NCBI GenBank assembly: GCA_963733375.1 | Contig: CAVTDB010000026.1 | Location: forward strand, 160,001-224,000 | DNA from: Nitrospirota bacterium | GTDB lineage: Bacteria > Nitrospirota > JACRHJ01 | DNA length: 64,000 nucleotides | Direction: 5' to 3' | In this document: positions 50,373 through 61,031 of the stretch, one piece after another | Layout of the letters: each line of letters opens with the position of its first letter | How positions within the stretch are numbered: the first letter of the stretch is position 1 | The notes under the pieces: model-generated | Databases searched by the model: none | What the model saw: the letters and a program-made list of their open reading frames with translations, nothing else | Told to the model about the DNA's origin: nothing | Made by a program: the position numbers and the translations under genes

Positions 50373-50956
50373 TATTTTCCCCCAACAGATTTAAGGTAGT
50401 CTTCGAATTTGATACCCTTCCCGTAAGCGCCGCTCGAAATGTAAGTGAGCTTGGGCTTGAAGTCCTGAGCGGATTCGTAGCCCGGGATCTGTCCGATTTT
50501 CTGTTGTTTTCCGTCAAGGAACCAGATGCTCGGAAAGCCTGTCACGCCGAACTTTGAGGCCAGGTCCCTCTCGGTCATCGATGTGCCCTCGTACGTTACT
50601 TTGTTTTCGCCTTCCGCGTTGACCTTGATCGCTATAAAGCTGCCGTTGACAGTCTGCGCGACCCCTGCGTCTTTATAGGTCGTATCGTCGAGCAGTTTAC
50701 AATATTTGCACCAGGTGGTGTAAAAGTCGATCATGACCGGTTTTCCGGTCTTTTTTGATTCGTTGATGCCGTCGGTATAACTCATCCATTTTATAGCGCC
50801 GGCTGAAGCCGGGTCCGGCGACGGCATGGCCGCCTGCGTGTTTTCACTTGGCGCGTTTGTCTGCGCTTCCTTCTTCTGGCAACCGAACTGCAAAAATAAA
50901 AATACCGCTACCGCCGCTACCGCCGCCATTTTGAGATAGGACATTGAACCCCCCAT
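50372..50956 (-). CDS. Periplasmic thioredoxin-fold lipoprotein (SoxW-like paralog)
   Basis: Lipobox FGC, WCKYC, FPS, PGY. Confidence 0.82.
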   Translation of the reverse strand: MGGSMSYLKMAAVAAVAVFLFLQFGCQKKEAQTNAPSENTQAAMPSPDPASAGAIKWMSYTDGINESKKTGKPVMIDFYTTWCKYCKLLDDTTYKDAGVAQTVNGSFIAIKVNAEGENKVTYEGTSMTERDLASKFGVTGFPSIWFLDGKQQKIGQIPGYESAQDFKPKLTYISSGAYGKGIKFEDYLKSVGGK

Positions 50957-50995
50957 TGATTTCTTCTGGCCCCAATGATTTTCTTTTGGCCCCTT

Positions 50996-51283
50996 TTATT
51001 TCTTATTTTGCTCTTTGCCAATGTATTTGGAAGGATTCTTATCAAAAGCCTTCTTGCAGTTAGCGCTGCAGAAGTGATAGGTCTTCCCGTCGTACTTTTC
51101 CTGGTATTTCGAGTCCTTCGCGTCCATGCCGCATACCGGGTCAACCGTGGTTTCCTTCGCGGCCGCCGCTTTTTCTTCCATACCGCATGTGCCTTTGGTG
51201 CACTGTTTCGGCGCGTCCGCCCAGGCCGGCGAAAAAACCGCCGCAAGAGATATTACTGAAATGACTAGCAAAAAGTTCTTCAT
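50996..51283 (-). CDS. Exported YHS-domain protein
   Basis: DPVCGM...YHFCSANC...FDKNPSKY. Confidence 0.85.
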   Translation of the reverse strand: MKNFLLVISVISLAAVFSPAWADAPKQCTKGTCGMEEKAAAAKETTVDPVCGMDAKDSKYQEKYDGKTYHFCSANCKKAFDKNPSKYIGKEQNKK

Positions 51284-51549
51284 AAAACCCTTCCTCCATT
51301 TATCTGAATATAATCAATCATGTCCTTTTTCATCCTCCCATGCGGCAAGGTCCTCCCGGAAACAGACGCGCCTCCTGTTTAGGCACCGGAAATGGGATGA
51401 GAAAGAACCTTATATGCACGCGTCAAGTATAACAATGAAAACGCGCAAACGCAATGGTTTATGTTGACTCTATTGACAAAACGGCGGCAGGAGGTTTAAA
51501 ATGCGACAGATTCCGAATTCTTTTATTAAACATGAGGGTTACAAAAAAG

Positions 51550-52627
51550 ATGATACCTGCGATAGAATGGAAGGACGGAAAAGTCTGCATGCTGGACCAG
51601 ACGAAGCTTCCCGGCGAGGTGGCTTACGTGGACTGCACGGACTATATTACCATAGCAAAGGGCATTAAGGAGCTTTGGATACGCGGCGCGCCCGCTATCG
51701 GGATTGCCGCGGCAATGGGGGTCGCGCTTGCGGCGAACGATATAGAGGCGAAGGATTTCGATAGCTTTTACCAGAAATTAATGCCTGCATGCGACCACTT
51801 AGCCGCCCAGAGGCCGACCGCCGTCAACCTCTTCTGGGCGATAGACAGGATGAAGCGCTTTGCTCTCGCGCACCGCGACGCGGGCGTAGATAAGGTAAAG
51901 GAGTTGCTGGCCCTTGAAGCCCAGAAAGTACTCGAAGAGGACGTTAAAATAAACCGCGCCATAGGGGAGTTCGGCGCGGGGTTCATCCGTGACGGTGATA
52001 CCATACTTACCCACTGCAACGCGGGTTCGCTGGCTACCGGAGGATACGGGACCGCCACCGCTCCTATCCGGGTGGCCGTGGAGCAGGGGAAAAAGATAAA
52101 GGTATTTGCGGACGAGACGAGGCCGGTGCTTCAGGGCGCCAGGCTTGACCGCCTGGGAGCTAATGCAGGACGGCATAGACGTGACCCTTATCACGGACAA
52201 TATGGCCGGCTATTTCATGAAGAAAGGCGAGATAGACCTGGCTATAGTGGGGACGGACAGGACGGTACGGAACGGGGACGTGGCGAATAAAATCGGCACT
52301 TATACCGTCGCCGTCCTTTGCAGAGAGCACGGGATACCTTTTTACGTCGCCGCGCCGACCTCGACGATAGACCTCTCCATGCCGTCCGGCGAGCACATCC
52401 CGATCGAGGAAAGGCCCCCCGGCGAAGTTACCGACATCTGCGGGAAGCTCTGCATTGCGCCTCTTGGGGTAAAGGTAAAGAACCCCGCCTTTGACGTAAC
52501 TCCGGCTAAATACATAACGGCCATTGTAACGGAGAAAGGGGCGTTCAGGCCCAGGGATATAAGGAAGCTCGGGGACGGCGGGATAGACCTGGACAAGGTC
52601 AGGATCAAGCGGGAGGGCGGTTCGTGA
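51550..52627 (+). CDS. mtnA: Methylthioribose-1-phosphate isomerase; frameshift near 52140
   Basis: [53 protein letters not shown]. Confidence 0.93.
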
Positions 52628-52672
52628 TAAGGGGACTCAGAGTTAAAACTCGGGATTGTCATCGTATGTCTG

Positions 52673-54296
52673 ATGATAATGTGGTTGGGCGCCTTCATCT
52701 ACCTCTCCGCCAGTCATCCTTCCTGGATTCTCCCGGTCGTATCGGTGCTTGCCGTATTCACCCTGCTCGTCATGATGTACAGCTTTGACAGGATAGTGCT
52801 TCGGCCCGTGCTCAGGATGAAGGATATGATGGGCAATATGGCGGGGAACGAGGCGGACCTTACGCAGAGGCTGGACCTTTCCACTAACGATGAGTTGGGC
52901 GAGATGGCGGCATTTATAAACCTTTTCATGGAAAGGCTGCACGACCTTGTGGCGAGCACGGGCGATAAATCCGATCTCCTGCTTAAGCTTACGGATGAGA
53001 TACGGAAAAAAACAGATATTTTCGCATCCGGCGCCAAAGAGCAGGGGGATGCGACGAATGAGAATTTCCGGGCTTTGGAGAGGATGGACCGTTCTGTCCA
53101 GGACGTAGCCGGCAGCGCGGAGAGCCTTAACATCACATCCGCCGACAGCTCCGCGACAGTCACTGAAATGGCCGCGCAGGTGGACGTCGTCGCGGAGAGC
53201 ACGGCGAACCTTTCGGGTTATGTCGATGAGGCGTCTTCATCGATTTCTGAAATGAACGTGTCCATAAAGGAAGTAGCCGAAAACGTGAAGATGCTGTCGG
53301 AGCTTGCGTCGAAGACGGCTGACGGGGTTGGACATATACACGTGACGACCCGGGAGGTCGAAGGCAAGGCGAAAATGTCCGCGGCGCTTTCACAGGAGGT
53401 CTCCCGTGACGCGGATACTCTGGGGAACGAAGCGATCGCCAGGACGATGGGGGCGATGGATATGATAAGAGAGACCGTGGAACAGGCGTCGGAGGTCATA
53501 GAAAGCCTCGGCCAGAGGTCCGCGGAGGTGGGAAAGATAATAAAGGTCATAGACGAGATAACCAACCAGACCTCGCTCCTTGCGCTGAACGCGGCGATAC
53601 TGGCGGCGCAGGCGGGAGAGCACGGCAAAGGATTTTCGGTCGTGGCAAACGAGATAAAAGAGTTGGCTGAGCGCACTTCTTCTTCCACCGGGGAAATAGC
53701 GAAGCTGATATCAGTCCGTCCAGGAGGAATCCCAGGCCGCGGTGGAGTCGATGCGCGCCGGGAAAGAACGGGTTATCGAAGGGGCTAAGACGGCCTCGGG
53801 AGCGGCGGATGCGCTGGCAAAAATAATAGAGTCGTCCAACCGCTCAATGAAGACGGCCGTGGAGATAGAGAAGGCGACCACAAGGCAGGCGGAGGCCGTA
53901 CAGCAGGTGGCGGAAGCAATCATAGACGTGCATGAGAGGATTCAGCAGATAGAGAAGGCGACCCAGGAGCAGAGCAAGGGAAGCGAACTCATCGCCTCCG
54001 CCGCGGAGAAGATAAGCTACGTTTCCAGGGAAGTCCGGAAGGCAATGGACGAGCAGGCCAGAGGCATCAAGGAGTTCGCGAAAAGCCTCGACGATACCCG
54101 CGAGATGGCCGGCACCATCGCCCAGGCGACGAAAAGCCAGAGCGATGAAAGCGGCAGCATCGTTAAGTCCATGGAGAAGTTCCTGGAAATCGCACAGAGC
54201 AATTCGGAAATATCGAAAGACATGGAGGAGGCGGTCGGCAAGCTCCTCAGGCAGGCCGGATACCTCCGGGAAGATATGGGGAAGTTCAAGGTTTGA
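52673..54296 (+). CDS. Methyl-accepting chemotaxis protein; frameshift near 53715
   Basis: TM plus HAMP (DLTQRL...DELG), [31 protein letters not shown]. Confidence 0.9.
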
Positions 54297-55525
54297 GAAG
54301 GAAGTTATTTATCCTGCTCATGGTTTTTGCCTCCATCGCCGCGTGTGCCGGGCCGAAAGAGGTCTCCCGGAAGCCGCGGGGCGAAAAGCCCCCAAAGCCG
54401 GTGGCGCCGTCGGCGCTTGTCAGGCTAAGGCAACAGGATTATCCGGATTTTCTCGATGGCGCGGAGCCTTTCTCGCTCGCCCGGGCCGCCGCAAATTCGA
54501 TAGATTATTTCTTAAAGCTCCCGCGTAAACAAATAATGTTCGGACATGACAGATATTCCGCGCGCGGCATGGCGAAATCGCTCTCGGATTTCAGGGAGTT
54601 CCTTCTTGCAGGCCCTTCGGCTGGCTTGATTAAAAAATACGTGACGGAAAAATTCAACGTATATGAATCCACGGGTTCGAACGGCTCAGGCCGCGTCCTC
54701 TTTACCGGCTATTACTGTCCCGAAATCGAGGCGAGCCTCACTCCGGACGAAAAATTTAAATATCCTTTATACAAAAAGCCGGACGACCTTGTCCTTGCGG
54801 ACCTGGGGCGGTTCAGGAAGAATATGAAAGGGACGCTCCTGGGCAGGGTGGAAAACGGCAGGTTCGTGCCGTACCATAAAAGGAAAGAGATTCGGGAAGG
54901 AGCCTTGGACGGCCGGGGCCTTGAGATAGCCTGGTGCGCCGACCCGACGGAAATATTCTTCCTTCAGGTCCAGGGCTCCGGTGTGCTGTCCTTCCCCGAC
55001 GGCTCCAGGAAACACATCAATTACGCCGGGGAAAACGGCAGGGCATACAGGAGCATCGGGGCTGTCCTGATGGACAAGTGCCGCGCGGAAGGGGGCGTGA
55101 TGTCGCTTGAGTGGCTTAAAAACTACCTGCACTCTCACCCCGAGGAAATGGACTCCGTAATGGACCAGGACGATAGCTACGTCTTCTTCACCCTGGCCGA
55201 TGACGGCCCGTTCGGCTGCCTCGGGGAGCCCGTAACCGGCGGGAGGAGCATAGCGGTAGACCACGCCGTATTCCCTTCCGGCGCGCTGGCGTACGTGGAT
55301 ACGGAAGCCCCCGATTTTACAGGCGCTGACAGCCCCTCCGGCTGGTCCGCCTTCAAAAGGTTCGTTCTCGCCCAGGATGCGGGCGGCGCCATAAAAGGGC
55401 CTGGAAGGGTTGACGTCTATTTCGGATACGGAGATGACGCCGGGAAAAAAGCGGGGTGGATGAAGAGGGACGGGAGACTGTACTTCCTGGCGGCGAAAGA
55501 CGCGCTTATTGTATCTCCTCGATAA
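54293..55525 (+). CDS. mltA: Membrane-bound lytic transglycosylase A
   Basis: FTGYY, FFLQVQGSG, YRSIG, SIAVD, AQDAGGAIKGPGRVD. Confidence 0.92.
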   Translation: MRRKLFILLMVFASIAACAGPKEVSRKPRGEKPPKPVAPSALVRLRQQDYPDFLDGAEPFSLARAAANSIDYFLKLPRKQIMFGHDRYSARGMAKSLSDFREFLLAGPSAGLIKKYVTEKFNVYESTGSNGSGRVLFTGYYCPEIEASLTPDEKFKYPLYKKPDDLVLADLGRFRKNMKGTLLGRVENGRFVPYHKRKEIREGALDGRGLEIAWCADPTEIFFLQVQGSGVLSFPDGSRKHINYAGENGRAYRSIGAVLMDKCRAEGGVMSLEWLKNYLHSHPEEMDSVMDQDDSYVFFTLADDGPFGCLGEPVTGGRSIAVDHAVFPSGALAYVDTEAPDFTGADSPSGWSAFKRFVLAQDAGGAIKGPGRVDVYFGYGDDAGKKAGWMKRDGRLYFLAAKDALIVSPR

Positions 55526-55802
55526 AGATTTGAAGCCCCGAATCTTCCAGCATTTTCTTGAACCTCGCCAGATCCGCCTCGAACTCGCTCACCGCCTGGC
55601 GCTTCTCGTTTACCCGGTTCAGTTCCAGGACCTTCCCGTCTTTATCGCTTTTCCCGTAATAGTTTATCGCCACCACCATGCCTTCTCTGTCCAGACGGCT
55701 TGCCATCAGGCGGATATACCCCTTCTCCAGGGGAATGAAATACCCCTTGTAAGGTTTTTCTCCCTCGCCGACTTCGGCCAAAGCTAAGAAATTGAACTCC
55801 AT
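55506..55802 (-). CDS. Hypothetical protein
   Basis: 98 aa ORF with genome-typical codon usage, convergent with mltA. Confidence 0.55.
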   Translation of the reverse strand: MEFNFLALAEVGEGEKPYKGYFIPLEKGYIRLMASRLDREGMVVAINYYGKSDKDGKVLELNRVNEKRQAVSEFEADLARFKKMLEDSGLQIFIEEIQ

Positions 55803-55916
55803 AGATTAATTATACCGCTCTCATATCCTTTGACAAATAAAGGTAAATATTATAACGTAAACCCAGTCCCGATAACTTAGTTTATAGCGTTTAAAAATTT
55901 TAGAAGGACTTAAAAA

Positions 55917-56351
55917 TTGGCCTCTGTAATCGCGGTAAGCGTAAGCGAAAAGAAGGGGATGCGCAAGAAAAACGTGGAGAGCGTGGTGCTGATTGCAAAT
56001 TTCGGCATCGAGGGCGACGCGCACGCGAGTTCCGAGTGGCACCGGCAGGTGAGCCTTCTGGCGATAGAGAGCATAGACAAGATGCGAAAAGCGGGGCTGA
56101 ACGTGAATCCCGGCGATTTTGCAGAGAATATTACTACTGAAGGCATCGACCTGGTGACGCTGCCTGTCGGGACGAAGATAAAGATAGGCCCGGCGCTGGG
56201 CGAGGTGAGCCAGATAGGGAAAGAGTGCCATACCCGCTGTGCGATATATTATCAGGCGGGGGACTGCGTAATGCCGAAAGAGGGAATTTTCATAAAAGTT
56301 CTTCAGGGCGGTACGGTCCGGCCGGGCGACGAAATATCGGTGGCCCCATGA
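55917..56351 (+). CDS. MOSC-domain protein
   Basis: GIEGDAH, RQVSLL, GDFAENITT, QIGKECH...C.MPKEG. Confidence 0.9.
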   Translation: MASVIAVSVSEKKGMRKKNVESVVLIANFGIEGDAHASSEWHRQVSLLAIESIDKMRKAGLNVNPGDFAENITTEGIDLVTLPVGTKIKIGPALGEVSQIGKECHTRCAIYYQAGDCVMPKEGIFIKVLQGGTVRPGDEISVAP

Positions 56352-56836
56352 TCAAGGCGGCCGTTTTTACTATATCCGACAAGGGTTCGCGCGGCGAGCG
56401 GGAAGATTTTTCTGGTCCTGCCGTGATGGAGATGCTTAAAGGAGTGGCGGCGGAAATAGTCCATTACGAGATAATCCCGGACGAGGTTGAGATTATCATG
56501 GACCGGCTTATAAGGTTCTCGAAAAGTGGCATGGCAGACCTCATCGTGACTACCGGCGGCACCGGGGTCTCGCCCAGGGACGTGACTCCGGACGCTACAA
56601 AAGAGGTAATCGACAGGGAACTTCCGGGGATGGCGGAGGCGATGCGGGCCGAGTCTTTAAAGAAGACTCCGCATGCGATGATCTCCCGCGCCGTCTGCGG
56701 GATACGGGGCAGGACGCTTATAATAAACCTGCCGGGCAGCCTTAAGGGGGCAACGGAAAACCTCGCCGTAGTTCTGCCCGCGATACCGCACGCAGTCGAA
56801 AAAATTTGCGGAAGCGATGCCGAGTGCGGCCGTTAA
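56348..56836 (+). CDS. mogA: Molybdopterin adenylyltransferase MogA/MoaB
   Basis: ISDKGSRGEREDFSG, TTGGTGVSPRDVTPDAT, INLPGS. Confidence 0.92.
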   Translation: MIKAAVFTISDKGSRGEREDFSGPAVMEMLKGVAAEIVHYEIIPDEVEIIMDRLIRFSKSGMADLIVTTGGTGVSPRDVTPDATKEVIDRELPGMAEAMRAESLKKTPHAMISRAVCGIRGRTLIINLPGSLKGATENLAVVLPAIPHAVEKICGSDAECGR

Positions 56837-56896
56837 ATAAAAAGTCCTTTATTTAATAGTGCCGGGATAGCGAAATTCCGAAAATTCTTCAAATAA

Positions 56897-57120
56897 AGTC
56901 TTTATTTTTCAATTAGTTGCAGTGCGGTTTTCCGGTTTTTGAAAACGGGCGATTATGCGGCGTAACTTAACGTAAGATAAAGGTAAATAGCCTAAAAAAC
57001 CCCTTAAAAACGATGTATCCAAACCCCCCTTTTTTGTATCAAAAGTGGCCCCTGATGCCGCAAAAATGGCTCAAAATGATGCATAAAAAAAAACGGCGGA
57101 TAAGCCATTTATATATTGAT
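56897..57120. repeat. Non-coding element, inverted homolog of 2296-2525; partial tandem copy at 57325-57450
   Basis: Exact blocks shared with 2296-2525; cgtaagataaa.gtaaatagcct...aagtggcccc...tgccgcaaaaatggctcaaaatgat repeated at 56971 and 57325. Confidence 0.75.
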
Positions 57121-57485
57121 AGCCGTCAATAAACGACGAGTTGCGGCGGTAAACGGGAAGAGCTATTAAGAGCAGGTTTTTGTCGTTGACTCATAACCAG
57201 GCCTGATGTATAGTCGGGACTGCGAGGTTCGAAAACAAACGGAATCGTCATTTTTGAAGAGTTCAAGGGTTGAAACTCGGATTTTCTCACGTTTGAAAAT
57301 GAGAAATTTTGAGGCCTAACCTACCGTAAGATAAAAGTAAATAGCCTTAAAAGCCGCTTAAAAACAATGCCTCCCCAACCCCATTTTTTGCCTCCACAAG
57401 TGGCCCCAACTGCCGCAAAAATGGCTCAAAATGATACCCGATAAAAAATCGACGAACGATTTAAAAAAAAAAATCGGAGGAACGC

Positions 57486-57705
57486 ATGATTCGAAGAGGT
57501 GAAGCGGCATACCGGTGTTCTAATCGAGGCCGTCGAGCACAAGATTGATATTGTCATTGAAGGTGTAATGGGGGTGAACGAGAGGCTGGACAGGCACGGC
57601 TGAAAATAAGCAGGAGCACTCCCGGCTGGAGAAGATGACGCTTGTCAACCTGGCCGACATTCAACGCTGGACCAGCGGGTGGGCGGATTGGAAGAGAAAA
57701 TTTAA
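57486..57705 (+). pseudogene. Degraded small coiled-coil protein
   Basis: Fragments EEVKRHTGVLIEAVEHKIDIV...LDQRVGGLEEKI* broken by indels. Confidence 0.4.
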
Positions 57706-57813
57706 CCAGAGTAAGCCTTGACCGCAAGCTTACATTTCATCGAAGCCCATCTCTGAAACGGGGGTGGGTTTTTTATTAACGATGAGTTGAGGCACGGAAC
57801 AGGAAGAGATTAA
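57666..57813 (+). repeat. ~150-bp direct repeat, copy 1 (contains a terminator hairpin)
   Basis: Near-identical to 58438-58589; includes aagcccatctc-tgaaac-gggggtgggttttt. Confidence 0.9.
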
Positions 57814-57899
57814 GAGACAAAAAATATGATGTTTCCTGATTTTTCATGGAAATAGTTTCTTCTATCCATTTATGTATTATGTTATTAATTTAAGCAGGA

Positions 57900-58047
57900 T
57901 TTCTAAGTACATCGAATACTCACTAAACAGGAGCGGTAGATGGACATGTCCGGCGGAAATACATTATGAAAAAGGGAAGCGACGGAAATGCGAAGCTATT
58001 TTAAGGAAAGCGGGAAAATAGTTGAATGGCTAAACGGGCAGTTATAA
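57900..58047 (+). pseudogene. Truncated HEPN-like remnant
   Basis: ...EAILRKAGKIVEWLNGQL* overlaps the MNT start, like HEPN C-termini in HEPN-MNT pairs. Confidence 0.35.
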
Positions 58048-58376
58048 ATTCGTTAAAAAAATATCTTAACCTGCTCCGCGAAAACGGTTTGCCTGTTACG
58101 GGGGGAGTTTTGTATGGAAGCTATGCGCGCGGAGAGGAAACTCCTGATAGCGACATAGACCTTCTCGTGCTTTCGCCGCTCTTCGACAAGGACAAGCGTG
58201 CAATGGTGGGAAAGATGTGGGCGTTGGCCCGGCTTATTGACATAAAGATCGAACCGGTGCCGGTCGGGGAGAAACGTTATGAAACAGACAACGTTTCACC
58301 GTTTCTTTTGATGGCGCGGAAGGAAGGAATATTCCTGCGGGTTGACGAAACGAAAGAAAAAGTGAAAGCTTCATAA
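58026..58376 (+). CDS. Minimal nucleotidyltransferase (MNT, antitoxin-like)
   Basis: LYGSYARG...DSDIDLLV motif, 116 aa. Confidence 0.88.
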   Translation: MAKRAVINSLKKYLNLLRENGLPVTGGVLYGSYARGEETPDSDIDLLVLSPLFDKDKRAMVGKMWALARLIDIKIEPVPVGEKRYETDNVSPFLLMARKEGIFLRVDETKEKVKAS

Positions 58377-58437
58377 AATTTAGGAAGACTGGAAGTAAAA
58401 TCATCCCGTCATTAAAATATGGGATGTGGCCCTCAAA

Positions 58438-58589
58438 GCTGGACCAGCGGGTGGGCAGATTGGAAGAGAAAATTTAATCAGAGCAAGGCTTGACCGCAAG
58501 CTTTCATTTCATCGAAGCCCATCTCTGAAACGGGGGTGGGTTTTTTTATTAACGATGAGTTGAGGCGCGGAACGGAAAAGGGTATTAAA
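58438..58589 (+). repeat. ~150-bp direct repeat, copy 2
   Basis: Near-identical to 57666-57813. Confidence 0.9.
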
Positions 58590-58623
58590 GCCGAAAATTT
58601 TCTCTAATAGAAAGGAGAGAACT

Positions 58624-58818
58624 ATGCTATGGGCAATCTTAGCAGTTGTCGTAATAATTCTTTTGGTTTTATTAGTAAACATGTTTAAACTGCAAGAAAT
58701 CCATGAAACCCTCTCTGATATTAGCAATCATCTCGGGGGCATTAAAACAAGGATGGAAATAGAGAGTTATTCAAAGGCAACCGATTGTTTAGGTTTACGA
58801 AAGGAAGGCAGCAAATGA
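58624..58818 (+). CDS. Small single-TM hypothetical protein
   Basis: AAGGAG SD, N-terminal TM, KLQEIHETLSDIS. Confidence 0.6.
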   Translation: MLWAILAVVVIILLVLLVNMFKLQEIHETLSDISNHLGGIKTRMEIESYSKATDCLGLRKEGSK

Positions 58819-58949
58819 ATTGGTTTGCATTCGCCTGTGTAGCAGTCGGTTTCATTATGCTTTATAGAATCCTCGAAAGACTTGAAGGTATACATATTAC
58901 CTTGGCTCGCATCTCTTCAAAGATGGAGGAGCCGCGACGAATGGATTGA
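58815..58949 (+). CDS. Small single-TM hypothetical protein (44 aa)
   Basis: ATGA overlap with the upstream gene; MNWFAFACVAVGFIMLYRILERLEGIHITLARIS. Confidence 0.5.
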   Translation: MNWFAFACVAVGFIMLYRILERLEGIHITLARISSKMEEPRRMD

Positions 58950-59023
58950 TAATAAAGGCACGTCCGATTAATGGATTAGCCTATGGTTGGCAGTATATGA
59001 GGAAGAGATTCATGGTAACTTGT

Positions 59024-59732
59024 ATGTCTAATGATGTTCCAAAGAGACAATGCTTTGTTGGCCTACTCGATATTCTGGGCTATAGTGATATTGTTAAAAA
59101 TAGCGAAGCATTGGAATCTGTTTGGAAAACATACAGTGAGATAAAATCTTCGGCATCATTTATAAAAGCCAATCTGGAATCACTTCTGGAACGAGAAATC
59201 ATAAATGTTGATACTTTTTCTGATACGTTTCTACTGTATACATCAGATTATAGTAATAAAGGGCAAAAAGACATTGATGAATTATTCAATGCAATGCTGG
59301 GAGTATGTGATGCGCTTTTCCATTCGGCGAATTCAAATGGGATTCCGATTAGAGGCGCGATAACGGCTGGAGAAATAATAATCGATAAGGGAATACATAT
59401 CGGCAAACCTATTGTAGATGCTTACGAAATGGAGCAAAACCAAGATTGGATAGGATGTTGGATAAGTGATGATGCAATAGCACGTATCAGCAAAGAATTG
59501 ATTGAAAGACATATGAACGGCAATCTTATTTTAAAGTATGAAATTCCATTTAAAAGCGGTGAAATCAGGGAGTGCTGTGTGTTTAATTGGGTTAATTTTC
59601 CTGATGCTTATGACTTTGGTATTCGTAAGAAGAAAAGACGGCCAAGACTGGTCGGTGGAAAGAAAACACCGTAATACCCGTGACTTTATCAAATTTGTCC
59701 AGAGTTCCATTTTCAATAAATCGGGGAAATAA
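59024..59732 (+). CDS. Class III nucleotide cyclase-like protein; frameshift near 59630
   Basis: LLDILGYS...FSDTF metal-binding Asp pair, IRGAITAGE, GKPIVDAYEME; AT-rich. Confidence 0.65.
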
Positions 59733-59839
59733 CGACTTTCCAAACCGTCCCGTCCCCGCTCTATCAATTTCCTTGCAAAACACGCCTGATTATTGTATAA
59801 ATTCCTCTACTTTAAAGGAAAAGGCGGTGTTCGGCCCTG

Positions 59840-60917
59840 ATGCCCAAGATAGAGGACTTAAGGAAAAAAATCGACGAGATTGATGACGAGCTCCTGGGGC
59901 TTCTGAACAGCCGCGCCAAGCTGGTCATCGATATAGGCCGGATCAAGAAGGAGCAGAATACCGTCTTCCACGTGCCGGACCGCGAAAAGCAGATCCTTGA
60001 GCGGCTGGCAAAAAAGAATAAAGGCCCGTTCCCTAACGGAGTCCCTTCAGGCGGTGCTGAAAGAGATATTCTCCGCCTCGCTTTCGCTTGAATCGCCCGC
60101 AAAAATAGCGTATCTCGGCCCCAGGGCCACGTTCTCGCACCTTGCCTGTATCCAGCAGTTCGGGTACTCCGCGCAATACGTCCCCGTGAACAGCATAAAG
60201 GAAGTCTTCGCCGAGGTCGAGCGCGGCCTGGCGGAATACGGCGTAGTGCCGATAGAGAACTCCACGGAAGGCGTCATCAGCTACACGCTGGACATGTTCA
60301 TGGACTCGGACTTAAACATATCCGGCGAAATAATGCTGGAGGTCTCGCACTACCTGATGAACCATACCGGGAAGCTTTCGGACGTGAAGAAGATATACTC
60401 GCATCCCCAGCCGCTGGCCCAGTGCAAGCACTGGCTGGAACAGAATATGAAAGACGTACCCGTCGCGGAGACTTCATCCACCACGAAGGCCGCAGAGATG
60501 GCCGTGGAAGACCCCTCTCTTGCCGCTATAGGCAGCAAGCTTGCGGCTGATATATACGGCCTCAAAATCCTGCGCGAGCGCATTGAGGACAACGTCAACA
60601 ACTATACCCGCTTCCTCATAATCTCAAAAAAATCGCCCGCCCGGACGGGGAAAGACAAGACCTCGATACTGTTCTCCGTGAAAGACCGCCCCGGCGCGCT
60701 GTACGATATGCTGAAGCCCTTCGCCGAGCGCGGCATAAGCCTGACGAAGATAGAGTCCAGGCCCTCCCGCAAGAAGGCGTGGGAGTACCACTTCTTCGTG
60801 GACATCGAAGGCCATTACGAGGACCCGGAGGTCAAGGAAGCCATCGAGGAGCTAAGCCGGAACTGCCTGTTCATCAAAGTCCTGGGGGCGTATCCGGCGG
60901 CCAGGATCAATAAATAA
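59840..60917 (+). CDS. pheA: Chorismate mutase/prephenate dehydratase; frameshift near 60045
   Basis: LRKKIDEIDD, VVPIENSTEG, YSHPQPLAQC, NYTRF, TKIESRPS. Confidence 0.95.
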
Positions 60918-61020
60918 AAACCTTTGTTACCTTTTTGGAAAAAGGTAACGCCAAAAACTTTTGGGTTTAACACCCCGCTTTTCTTTGTGTTACTTTCTTT
61001 TCACGTGAAAAGAAAGTAAC
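60912..61020. repeat. REP-like palindromic elements after pheA
   Basis: gttaccttttt-gg-aaaaaggtaac within a ~50-bp unit, plus a perfect 32-bp palindrome at 60989-61020. Confidence 0.75.
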
Positions 61021-61031
61021 GGTTTTAAAAT

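Noticed and set aside
57266-57322. Integron attC site
   Set aside because: The GTT and RYYYAAC boxes are in the reverse order to attC and no intI is present
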